Part shown: piece after piece, positions 1 through 7,666 of the stretch | Layout of the letters: each line of letters begins with the position of its first letter | Position numbering within the stretch: position 1 is the stretch's first letter | NCBI GenBank assembly: GCA_037440465.1 | Contig: JBBIUB010000022.1 | Coordinates: 1-13,631, forward strand | Direction: 5' to 3' | Source of the DNA: Coprothermobacterota bacterium | GTDB taxonomy: Bacteria; Coprothermobacterota; HKB111 | DNA: 13,631 bases | Notes under the pieces: model-generated | What the model was told of the DNA's origin: nothing | What the model saw: only the letters and a program-made list of their open reading frames with translations | Database searches by the model: none | Translations under genes and position numbers: made by a program

Positions 1-80
1 ATAAATGTTAAATCTAAAGGTGGTCTTCCATCTTCAGGCCAGTTATAAATTGCTTCTGGATATTTCTTTTCCTTTGCCAT
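1..80 (-). pseudogene. radC: RadC-like N-terminal fragment (runs off the window edge; probably truncated or frameshifted)
   Basis: ATG at 80 reads MAKEKKYPEAIYNWPEDGRPPLDLTF. This matches the RadC start I-x-x-W-P-x-x-E-R-P-R-E-K-L up to RP, then diverges. It lies directly downstream of an excisionase-like gene. Confidence 0.6.
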
Positions 81-94
81 AATTATTTTGCCTT

Positions 95-120
95 CTGCCT
101 GTGCGTTGCACGCAGACAGG
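95..120. repeat. 26-bp palindromic (REP/MITE-like) insertion flanked by a TGCCTT direct repeat
   Basis: CTGCCTGTGCGTTGCACGCAGACAGG has an inner stem TGCGT/ACGCA and an outer stem CTGcC/GaCAG. TGCCTT occurs at 89-94 and at 121-126. The segment is GC-rich within AT-rich DNA. Confidence 0.7.
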
Positions 121-263
121 TGCCTTTTTTCTTTGTAGTAGACTTTATATTTTGCGTTACTCTTTCTAAAGATTGTTCGCTTATCCATTTATTAATTACA
201 TCTTTTTTAAACCACCACTGGCCAGCGATTTTGATAGAGGGGATTTGACCAGAGCGGGTAAGT

Positions 264-530
264 TTATAGACGGTATGTTCGTCCATCTGCCTCGCCCTTT
301 CTTAAACAGTTAATTATTCGTTTTTTTAGATGTCCTAATGATGAACCATATTGCTTAAGCTGACTTTCTCGCTTTTGTGAATCTTCTTTAGAAATATATG
401 CTTCATAATAAATGAGTCGCCAATTATCGTCTTTATTTCTATGTTTATTATATCTTCTTTTTAAATCAGTAGTCCAGCCTATATAGATATTGCTTTTCTT
501 TAAATTTTTTAAAACATACACATAATACAC
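264..530 (-). CDS. Small GIY-YIG nuclease (likely GTG start at 530; in frame with the excisionase ATG at 587)
   Basis: Motifs YYVYVL...IYIGWTTDLKRRYNKH...LIYYEAY...RESQLK supply the GIY and YIG motifs, the conserved Arg/His and the catalytic Glu. Confidence 0.85.
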   Translation of the reverse strand: MYYVYVLKNLKKSNIYIGWTTDLKRRYNKHRNKDDNWRLIYYEAYISKEDSQKRESQLKQYGSSLGHLKKRIINCLRKGEADGRTYRL

Positions 531-546
531 TTTGAAAGGGCGGGGT
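289..546 (-). mobile_element. Inverted-repeat-bounded GIY-YIG cassette 1 (about 258 bp)
   Basis: GCCTCGCCCTTTC (289-301) and GAAAGGGCGGGGT (534-546) are inverted, matching at 11/13. They coincide with the breakpoints in the excisionase gene. Confidence 0.75.
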
Positions 547-592
547 TCTGAAACCTGTTTGACCGTCATTATTTCTTTTTCATTCATAAAGG

Positions 593-756
593 TTCACCCC
601 GTGAGATAATTCTTAATCCTATTTTTTATGTATCTTTTACCCCATGCAGTTTTTAGGTATTTTTCTCTAGTTGTTGCATCGGTCTTATATAAACAAAACT
701 CATAATGTACTAATTTCAATGGTCTTCTATTTATACAAAATATCGCACGGGGTAAA
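593..756 (-). mobile_element. Inverted-repeat-bounded GIY-YIG cassette 2, internally deleted (164 bp)
   Basis: TTCACCCCGTGAGATA (593-608) and TATCGCACGGGGTAAA (741-756) are inverted, matching at 14/16. They enclose a GIY-YIG C-terminal half. Confidence 0.75.
594..743 (-). pseudogene. GIY-YIG nuclease C-terminal half, no start codon (absent from the ORF track)
   Basis: Reads IFCINRRPLKLVHYEFCLYKTDATTREKYLKTAWGKRYIKNRIKNYLTG*. The RPxKLVxYE and AxxREKYLK motifs are present. An in-frame TAA lies upstream at 767-765 and there is no ATG. Confidence 0.8.
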
Positions 757-796
757 TCCTTTTCTTAAAACATAATCTTTCATAAAACCTTAATAT

Positions 797-825
797 AATA
801 TACAAAGAAATACAATAGTTGTCAA
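797..825 (-). promoter_or_regulatory. Sigma70-type promoter for the excisionase-radC unit
   Basis: TTGACA (825-820), a 17-nt spacer, then TATATT (802-797). Confidence 0.65.
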
Positions 826-929
826 TGGAAATTTTGATAAAAATAAAATCTTTATAGGGTGGGGGGATATCCTAACTTCTGCTCCAAGCCAAAGGCCCGA
901 CCGTAGGTCCATTCTAAATTCTTTTGTAG

Positions 930-1154
930 TTACAGTAAAATTATCAGTAGAATAAAAATTACCACTACCCCGATAGCTATTAAGCAACCAATAGACTCAG
1001 CATAATCTAAAAATGACTTGCTTCCACAGCGGGGACATTTTTTTCTACCTAACACCATCACGGTTCCACAGTTCAGGCAGACATTTTTTCCGCACTGGTA
1101 ACATCTTACGACACCATCTTCAAGAGGAGTTCCACAACCACCACAATATTTCAT
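930..1154 (-). CDS. Double zinc-ribbon protein with a C-terminal transmembrane helix
   Basis: Four CxxC motifs (CGGC, CYQC, CLNC, CPRC) and a hydrophobic C-terminus. Confidence 0.75.
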   Translation of the reverse strand: MKYCGGCGTPLEDGVVRCYQCGKNVCLNCGTVMVLGRKKCPRCGSKSFLDYAESIGCLIAIGVVVIFILLIILL

Positions 1155-1203
1155 AGAATATTCATATGTATAGAGGTTAGTTTATAGCACTTTAAATTGT
1201 TTA

Positions 1204-2331
1204 TCACTTTATAGTATAGAAGTGATCTATTTTCCAATCTTTGATTCTTAGTATAAATACATCTTTTTTAGGGTTGCCTTCAGAATCCATAGCCATAGTA
1301 CCTGTAACACCGTTGAAGTTTCTAATTCTATTGAGTGCTATCTGAATCTCTGTACGGTCAATTTTCTGAAGGCTCCCAATAGCTGTATAAAGCAAATTAG
1401 CTGCATCATAAGCGAGGGCAGCAGTTGTATCAGGGGTATTATTGAACTTTTCCTTGTATTTACTGATAAATTCCTGGACTTCTCTACGAGGGTCATCTTT
1501 GTAAAACTGAGCAGTATAATACCCATTGTTAATGGCTATAAAGTTAAGAAAATGAGAATCCCAACCAACTCCACCAAGCATAACTGAGTTTATACCTATT
1601 TCCCTTGCTTGAGCAGCAATTATATTCACCCTGGTATAAAAATCAGCTATAAAAAGTACATCCGGATTAATATCCTTGATATCATTTAAAAGAGCTGAGA
1701 AATCTGTGTCATAACTGCTGTAAGCTTTATAAAACAGTGTTCTACCTTTCTTTTCAAAAGTTGATTTGAAATGCTCAGCTAAACCTGGGTTTCTCCTATC
1801 GAAAATTATTGCAGATGTTTTAAGGTTCAGTTTTTGTAATGCAACCTCAGTTAAAGCTTTAGCTTGAATTTCATCTGTAAGGCACACTCTAAAGACAAAC
1901 TCTTTCCTTATTCCATCTTCAACAGTAACTCTTGGGTCACCGGAAGTAGGGTTAATAAGGGGGACTTTTCTCGTGTTAGCATATTTTCCTCCAACAATAG
2001 AAGTCTCAGAAGATATAGAGCCTATTATTGCTGCTACCTTATTTTCATCAATAAGATTACCTATCTGTTTTACAGTTTCTTTGGAGTTATTCATGTCGTC
2101 TTTATGCACTAATACTATTCTTTGACCCTGAATACCTCCCTTAGAATTCCACTCCTCTGTAGCTAACTCAATACCTTCTTTAGCTGAAAGGCCTAAGCCA
2201 GAGAGATCACCACTTAGAGGAAGTACCGTACCAATTCTTAGTTCAACTATACCTTGTTTTTGACTTGTTAAATAAAAAATACCAACGATAATAAGCAGTA
2301 TGAATAAACCAAATGAAATCCATTTTGACAT
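1204..2331 (-). CDS. Branched-chain amino acid ABC-type substrate-binding protein (LivJ/LivK family)
   Basis: N-terminal TM anchor; motifs IGTVLPLSG, EEWNSKGGIQG, AALAYDA and FNGVTG. AGGAGG RBS upstream. Confidence 0.9.
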   Translation of the reverse strand: MSKWISFGLFILLIIVGIFYLTSQKQGIVELRIGTVLPLSGDLSGLGLSAKEGIELATEEWNSKGGIQGQRIVLVHKDDMNNSKETVKQIGNLIDENKVAAIIGSISSETSIVGGKYANTRKVPLINPTSGDPRVTVEDGIRKEFVFRVCLTDEIQAKALTEVALQKLNLKTSAIIFDRRNPGLAEHFKSTFEKKGRTLFYKAYSSYDTDFSALLNDIKDINPDVLFIADFYTRVNIIAAQAREIGINSVMLGGVGWDSHFLNFIAINNGYYTAQFYKDDPRREVQEFISKYKEKFNNTPDTTAALAYDAANLLYTAIGSLQKIDRTEIQIALNRIRNFNGVTGTMAMDSEGNPKKDVFILRIKDWKIDHFYTIK

Positions 2332-2347
2332 AACATAACCTCCTTTT

Positions 2348-2956
2348 TTATTGTGATTTTATTTTTTTACCTTCTTCCCAACCTAAACTCCATGCCTTAA
2401 GATTAAGATCTTTATAAGCAGGTGGAAAACTATCTTCTACCATCTTACGCATGTTATCAGGTGATAATGGGAAAAAGGGAACAGCTGAAAGAACACCAAG
2501 AAGAACAATATTTTCTGTAATAATACGCCCTGTTTGTAAAGCAAGGCTTCGAGCATCAACCACCCAGAAATTTTTAATTTGATATTTTAGCTTTTCATAA
2601 GCGGAATTCAGATTGGGATAGGAAGCCATTCCAATAGATACAGTCAAAGGAATAATGGGATTGTTATTAATTATCATCAAGGTTTGGGATGAAGCTTTAT
2701 TTAAGACTCTTAGAGCTTCAGCAGGTTCAAAACCCAGGATTATGTCTGCTTCACCATTTTTAATAAGTGGACTCTGGGCTTTTCCTATTTTCATTTCACT
2801 TAATACTGATCCACCCCGCTGAGCCATTCCATGGACCTCACTCAATATCACATCTTTGCCTTCTTTAATAGCAGCTTCTCCAATTATATTACCTGCTTTT
2901 AGTATCCCCTGTCCTCCTACACCAGTTAAAATAAGTGCTAAGTAATCTTTTTTCAT
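2348..2956 (-). CDS. iorB: Indolepyruvate:ferredoxin oxidoreductase beta subunit
   Basis: Motifs GVGGQG, SEVHGMAQRGGSV and FEPAEALR. The true start is probably MKKDY at 2956, overlapping the iorA stop (TAATG). Confidence 0.93.
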   Translation of the reverse strand: MKKDYLALILTGVGGQGILKAGNIIGEAAIKEGKDVILSEVHGMAQRGGSVLSEMKIGKAQSPLIKNGEADIILGFEPAEALRVLNKASSQTLMIINNNPIIPLTVSIGMASYPNLNSAYEKLKYQIKNFWVVDARSLALQTGRIITENIVLLGVLSAVPFFPLSPDNMRKMVEDSFPPAYKDLNLKAWSLGWEEGKKIKSQ

Positions 2957-4827
2957 TATTTTTCCCCCATTTTTATGGCACCATCTGGGCAGACATCCAA
3001 ACAAACTCCACAACCATCGCATAATGATGTTTCAATTTTTACCTCATCTCCAGATAAAGTCATAGCTGGACAAGTAAAATCATTTATACATATCATACAT
3101 TTAATACATAAATCCTGATTAACTGTGACGGTTTTCCAAAAGCCCTTCTTTTTCTTTTCCTTTGCATCAAGAAGAGAACAAGCATGCCTGGCTATTATAA
3201 CTGCGATTCCTTCATAATCAAGAGCTTCCTTTATTACGGATATGGATTCTTTAACTTGATAGGGGTCTATTACTTTCAACCATTTAACACCAACGCCTTG
3301 TACGATTTCTTCCAAAGATACTGCAGGTGCTTCTTGTCCCATACCGTCCATATAAGAACCAGGGTGTGGCTGATGTCCTGTCATAGCTGTAGTCAAATTA
3401 TCAAGAATAAATAAGAGAAATTGATGCTTGTTATGAACCGCATTTAATAGTGGAGGGATTCCAGCATGGAAAAAGGTTGAATCTCCGATAAAGGAAATTA
3501 CCTTTTGATTTGTAGACCTGTAGAAACCACCTGCAGTTCCAACGCTTGATCCCATACACAGAAGATAATCAACCATCTGATAGGGGGGTTGGATTCCCAG
3601 AGTATAGCAACCAATATCTGAAGGAAATATCACATCTTTTAACTTCTTTTCTCTAATAGCTTCTTTTATTTCGTAGAAAGTTGCTCTATGTGGGCATCCA
3701 GCACAAAGAACTGGTGGGCGGGGTGGTAGAGATAGGCCAGAGATATTTATTGCATCAGGCTTCATCTTTTTAATATTCAATGCTTTACTTAAAGCTTCTT
3801 CTACTAAATCTGGGGTAAACTCGTACAGCCTTGATGTTAGGCCATTGATTTTTCCAAGAACACTACTTTTTAGGTTTCCTTTTTGTATTAATACCCGAAC
3901 CTCCTTTTCTAATATTGGTTCTAATTCTTCAATAACAAGGATGATGGGATGTTCTTCAATAAAGGAATTAACAAGCTGTTCTGGCAATGGAATACTAAAA
4001 CCAAGCTTCAATATATCTATTTCTAACCCCAGTCTATCGATAGCATCTTTCACATATGAATAAGCTACTCCAGAAGTAATAACTCCTGCATGAGACTCAC
4101 CAGAATTTTTTTCTATTCTGTTAAAATGGCAAATTTCAGAGAATTCTCTTGCTATTTTTAATTTTTCAATAAGGCGGGAATGCATCTGATAAGCATAAGA
4201 AGGAATAGGCACAAGTTCACTGGGGTTTTTAATAAATGAAGTCTTATCTGGAGTCATCTTTATTTCTCCCAGTGTTACACCGCTTCTTATGTGGTTTATC
4301 CTGGTAGTAGTTCTCAGGATTACAGGTAATTTCAAATCTTCAGACAAATCTAAGGCGTATTTTACCATTTCTTTAGTTTCTTCAAGGTTTGATGGTTCTA
4401 ATAAGGGTAAGCCAGCGAATAGTGCGTAGTATCTGTTATCCTGTTCATTCTGGGAAGAAAACATAGAAGGGTCATCAGCAGTAATTATGAGAAAACCACC
4501 TTTAGTCCCGGTATAAGCAGCACTCATTAAAGCATCTGCAGCAACATTTAGCCCAACATGTTTCATAAATGTCATGGCTCTTACTCCTGTAGCTGCAGCA
4601 GCTGCAGCAATCTGAAAGGCTACCATCTCATTTACAGAAAATTCAAAATAAATTCCGCATTTTTTAGCCAATAAGAATAAAGTATTACCAATTTCTGATG
4701 AAGGAGTACCAGGATAAGTCGTAGCAATTTTTACTCCTGCTTCGAAGGCACCTCTTACTATCGCTTCGTTTCCTAGAAGAAAAAGCTTATCTCCAGGTGA
4801 TTTTGTTAAGATATCCTCAACCTGCAT
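2956..4827 (-). CDS. iorA: Indolepyruvate:ferredoxin oxidoreductase alpha subunit
   Basis: Motifs LLGNEAIVRG, YPGTPSSEI, MKHVGLNVAAD, SSQNEQD, LCAGCPHR, DIGCY and the ThDP motif GDSTFFH, plus a C-terminal 2x[4Fe-4S] domain. Start MQVED at 4827 has a GGAGG RBS. Confidence 0.95.
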   Translation of the reverse strand: MQVEDILTKSPGDKLFLLGNEAIVRGAFEAGVKIATTYPGTPSSEIGNTLFLLAKKCGIYFEFSVNEMVAFQIAAAAAATGVRAMTFMKHVGLNVAADALMSAAYTGTKGGFLIITADDPSMFSSQNEQDNRYYALFAGLPLLEPSNLEETKEMVKYALDLSEDLKLPVILRTTTRINHIRSGVTLGEIKMTPDKTSFIKNPSELVPIPSYAYQMHSRLIEKLKIAREFSEICHFNRIEKNSGESHAGVITSGVAYSYVKDAIDRLGLEIDILKLGFSIPLPEQLVNSFIEEHPIILVIEELEPILEKEVRVLIQKGNLKSSVLGKINGLTSRLYEFTPDLVEEALSKALNIKKMKPDAINISGLSLPPRPPVLCAGCPHRATFYEIKEAIREKKLKDVIFPSDIGCYTLGIQPPYQMVDYLLCMGSSVGTAGGFYRSTNQKVISFIGDSTFFHAGIPPLLNAVHNKHQFLLFILDNLTTAMTGHQPHPGSYMDGMGQEAPAVSLEEIVQGVGVKWLKVIDPYQVKESISVIKEALDYEGIAVIIARHACSLLDAKEKKKKGFWKTVTVNQDLCIKCMICINDFTCPAMTLSGDEVKIETSLCDGCGVCLDVCPDGAIKMGEK

Positions 4828-5080
4828 AACCAACCTCCCAGAATTTACTAATGTCATGTCCAACAAATATCTTGACAATAAACTTCTACTATTAACACTA
4901 CACTTCCAAAGTCCCGCACTCATTTTCACAACATGTGAGTGTAGCAGTGCTGTATCAATTATTTCTTCATTATCAAAGCATACAAGTTATACAGGACACT
5001 TGGTTTAATTTTATCATTTTTCTACTTAAATCTATGGTAGTATATTTAAAAAAATAGACTATTTAGCAAAGGGGTTTTGG

Positions 5081-5848
5081 ATGTTTTTTTTCTATACTTT
5101 TTTCTTTATCCTTGGTTTAATTATAGGAAGCTTTTTAAATGTAGTAATCTATCGTGTTCTTCGAGGAGAGTCCATTGTTTACCCCTCTTCTCGTTGTCCT
5201 CAGTGCTTGACACCCCTTCGCTATCTTGACCTTATACCTGTTATCAGTTATATATCTCTTGGTGGTCGCTGTCGTTATTGTGGGAATCCCATCTCAATAG
5301 TTTATCCACTTGTGGAAATTTCTACAGGTTTACTTTTTATATGGTCTTATTATTCATTGGGACTTAATTTTAAAGCCATAGAATTTATTGTTCTCGGGAG
5401 TATTCTCATAGCATTATCGGTTATTGATTTTAAAGAATTTATACTTCCAGACTCTCTGGTATTAACAGCTCTCATCTTTGGCGTTGTAATTAAGGTTTTT
5501 TACTGGCTTTATTATCAAGATCCTCAGTACATTTATAAATCATTTTTAGGAGGTGTTTTAGCTTTTTCCTTTTTCTATTTAATATTTCTTCTTTTTCCCA
5601 ATGGAATGGGGGGAGGCGATGTAAAGTTATCTTTTGTTCTTGGTTTTTATACAGGTTTTCCTTTTATGCTCTTATGGTTATTTCTCTCTTTTTTTCTAGG
5701 GTCTATTGGTGGAATAATCTATCTGGCTATCTTAAGAAAAAGAATAAAAGAACCATTACCTTTTGGCCCCTTTCTAGCGCTGGCTTCGCTTTTAACTTTA
5801 GCCTGGGGTACAAATATTTATGCTGTTTATTTCAACCTTTTTTGGTGA
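5081..5848 (+). CDS. pilD: Type IV prepilin peptidase (A24)
   Basis: GSFLNVVIYR, two CxxC motifs, catalytic Asp residues in VID and GGGDVK, and PFGPFL. Confidence 0.93.
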   Translation: MFFFYTFFFILGLIIGSFLNVVIYRVLRGESIVYPSSRCPQCLTPLRYLDLIPVISYISLGGRCRYCGNPISIVYPLVEISTGLLFIWSYYSLGLNFKAIEFIVLGSILIALSVIDFKEFILPDSLVLTALIFGVVIKVFYWLYYQDPQYIYKSFLGGVLAFSFFYLIFLLFPNGMGGGDVKLSFVLGFYTGFPFMLLWLFLSFFLGSIGGIIYLAILRKRIKEPLPFGPFLALASLLTLAWGTNIYAVYFNLFW

Positions 5849-5879
5849 TTATAAGGGTGGCTTCATAAAAAATTCAATT

Positions 5880-6254
5880 TTGGTTAAATTATTATTTATA
5901 ACAATTACATTTTTTTCTTTTCTGGTCGTTTCATGCGGGGAAGTAAAAGCTGAAGATGTTCTTAAAAGTTATATAGATCTATCATTGCGGGGTTATAGAG
6001 TACAAGCATACGATCTTTTATCAATAAAAATTAAAAACAAAATATCAGTTAGTGAATTTATTGATGCTTCTTCAATTTATCGCGGTGAACTAAAAGATTA
6101 TTATGTAATCGACAGCACCCAGAACGAAACAAAGAAAATAATTCGTTATGAAATTATTGTAATGGATCCTGAAGGTAAAGAAGCTAAACTAAAAAACATA
6201 GCCATTCTTATATTAGAAAAGGGGAAATGGAAAATACTGGATCCGGGATTTTAA
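5880..6254 (+). CDS. Hypothetical lipoprotein (NTF2-like/DUF4878-like); start uncertain (TTG 5880 or ATG 5820)
   Basis: A hydrophobic stretch ending in a VVSC lipobox, AYDLLS, and a C-terminal LEKGKWKI. Confidence 0.65.
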   Translation: MVKLLFITITFFSFLVVSCGEVKAEDVLKSYIDLSLRGYRVQAYDLLSIKIKNKISVSEFIDASSIYRGELKDYYVIDSTQNETKKIIRYEIIVMDPEGKEAKLKNIAILILEKGKWKILDPGF

Positions 6255-7666
6255 AAATATTTTTAACTTCACCACCACTTACATTTATCCCTCCATTGGC
6301 TCTATCTGTTCTGGAATTTCTTAAAGAGAAAGATGGTTTTTTGGTAGGTGGAGCAGTAAGAGATATTCTTTTATCTAAAATTGTTAAAGATCTCGATATA
6401 TTAATTCCCGGAGATCATTCCGTTTTAAGTGGTGAAGCATTCGATAATTGGTCTCATGTTTCATTCTCTAAGAAGGGTTCGCTTGTAAGAATGATTAGAA
6501 AAGATATCCAGATAGATATATCATTCTACCCTCCTTCAATTGATTCACTGGCTAAAAATCTAGGGAAAAGGGATTTTACCATAAACTGCCTGGCAATTCC
6601 TTTGGATGACCTTAGCCAAAAAGAAATATGTTTAGTAGATCCCTTAGGAGGTTTAGAGGATCTAAACAGCCGATTAATTCGGGCTACAAGTGAGAGTAAC
6701 TTGAAGAAAGATCCCTTAAGATTACTCAGAGCTTATAGGTTAAAAAGTAACCTTGGTTTTGAGATTGAAAAAAATACCCTTAAAATAATCAAGTCTCTGA
6801 CAAAGGATATAAAAAAAGTATCCATTGAAAGGATACGTGACGAATTATTTTTAATTCTTGATTGTGATAGCTATGAGGTTTTAAGAAATCTTTATGAAAT
6901 AGGGATTATATCAAATATATTACCTGAGTTAGCAGAAGAAGAGGGAATGGATCAGGGGCCTTACCATGATTATGATGTTTTGGAACACACTTTCCAAACT
7001 TTAAAAGAATTAGAGTCCCTTTTGAAAGAGAATCTTACACCATTTAAGGAATATGATTTAAGTAATAGGAATCCATCGGGTAGAAGTTATAAAGCTTTAC
7101 TAAAGTTGGCTGCTATACTGCATGATATTGGTAAACCATGTTGTAGAGTAATAGAAGGAGAAAAAATAGTTTTCCAGGGTCACGAGGTTAAAGGAATGAA
7201 TATGACATCAGATATAGCCTTAGGGCTCAAATTATCTAAAAAAGAGAAAGATGCACTTGAAAAATTAATAAAAAATCACTTAAGAGCAGGCTATCTTTTT
7301 AATCAAAGTAATTTGACAAATAAAGCAATGAGAAGTTTTATCACAGCTCTGGGAGACGATCTCTATGGTGCACTTTTCCTTTTTTTAGCAGATGCTTTGG
7401 CTACAAGGAAGGAAACTATTATTTATAAAGAAAACTATATTGATTTCTGTCAGAAAATTGTTTCTTTCAAACATTTGATAGATAAAAAATCCAAACCTCT
7501 TCTTAATGGTCATGAGATTATGAAGTTATTATCTATATCTCCTGGAATAGAAATAGGGAGGTTATTAAACCTTATTGCCAGGGAGCAAGAAGACGGGAAG
7601 ATTACTAATAAGAAACAAGCCAGAACTTACTTAAAAGAGGTCTATTTCTCCAGGGCTTTTGAATAA
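6227..7666 (+). CDS. Class II tRNA nucleotidyltransferase with HD domain (possibly CC-adding type); start uncertain
   Basis: Motifs GGAVRD...DLD, RDFTIN, DPLRLLR, ERIRDE, and the HD domain residues H...HDIGK...GHE. Confidence 0.9.
   Translation: MENTGSGILKIFLTSPPLTFIPPLALSVLEFLKEKDGFLVGGAVRDILLSKIVKDLDILIPGDHSVLSGEAFDNWSHVSFSKKGSLVRMIRKDIQIDISFYPPSIDSLAKNLGKRDFTINCLAIPLDDLSQKEICLVDPLGGLEDLNSRLIRATSESNLKKDPLRLLRAYRLKSNLGFEIEKNTLKIIKSLTKDIKKVSIERIRDELFLILDCDSYEVLRNLYEIGIISNILPELAEEEGMDQGPYHDYDVLEHTFQTLKELESLLKENLTPFKEYDLSNRNPSGRSYKALLKLAAILHDIGKPCCRVIEGEKIVFQGHEVKGMNMTSDIALGLKLSKKEKDALEKLIKNHLRAGYLFNQSNLTNKAMRSFITALGDDLYGALFLFLADALATRKETIIYKENYIDFCQKIVSFKHLIDKKSKPLLNGHEIMKLLSISPGIEIGRLLNLIAREQEDGKITNKKQARTYLKEVYFSRAFE

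Larger units (their letters stand above)
83..587 (-). pseudogene. Excisionase/HTH_17 (MerR-like) DNA-binding protein interrupted by a GIY-YIG cassette
   Basis: The 5' part (587-546) encodes MNEKEIMTVKQVSE and the 3' part (289-83) encodes QMDEHTVYKLTRSGQIPSIKIAGQWWFKKDVINKWI. Joined, they give the typical pattern MTVKQVxExLxxxxxTVYxLxxxGxIPxxKIxGQW. The two parts are in different frames. Confidence 0.85.

Noticed and set aside
264..587. The 107-aa ORF as a genuine single gene
   Set aside because: It is a chimera of 14 excisionase codons, an inverted repeat, the GIY-YIG gene and out-of-frame host sequence.
636..647. Internal TTTACCCCATGC resembling the cassette 2 end (11/12)
   Set aside because: It encodes A-W-G-K within the nuclease frame, so coincidence cannot be excluded.
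790..987. 65-aa minus-strand ORF
   Set aside because: It overlaps the zinc-ribbon gene and a promoter, and has no recognisable motif.
2957..3022. N-terminal extension of iorB (likewise iorA 4828-4929)
   Set aside because: Downstream starts have better support (the TAATG coupling for iorB, the GGAGG RBS for iorA), and family similarity begins there.
1338..4063. Short ORFs 1338-1526, 1864-2112, 3184-3414 and 3845-4063
   Set aside because: These are shadow frames inside well-supported genes.
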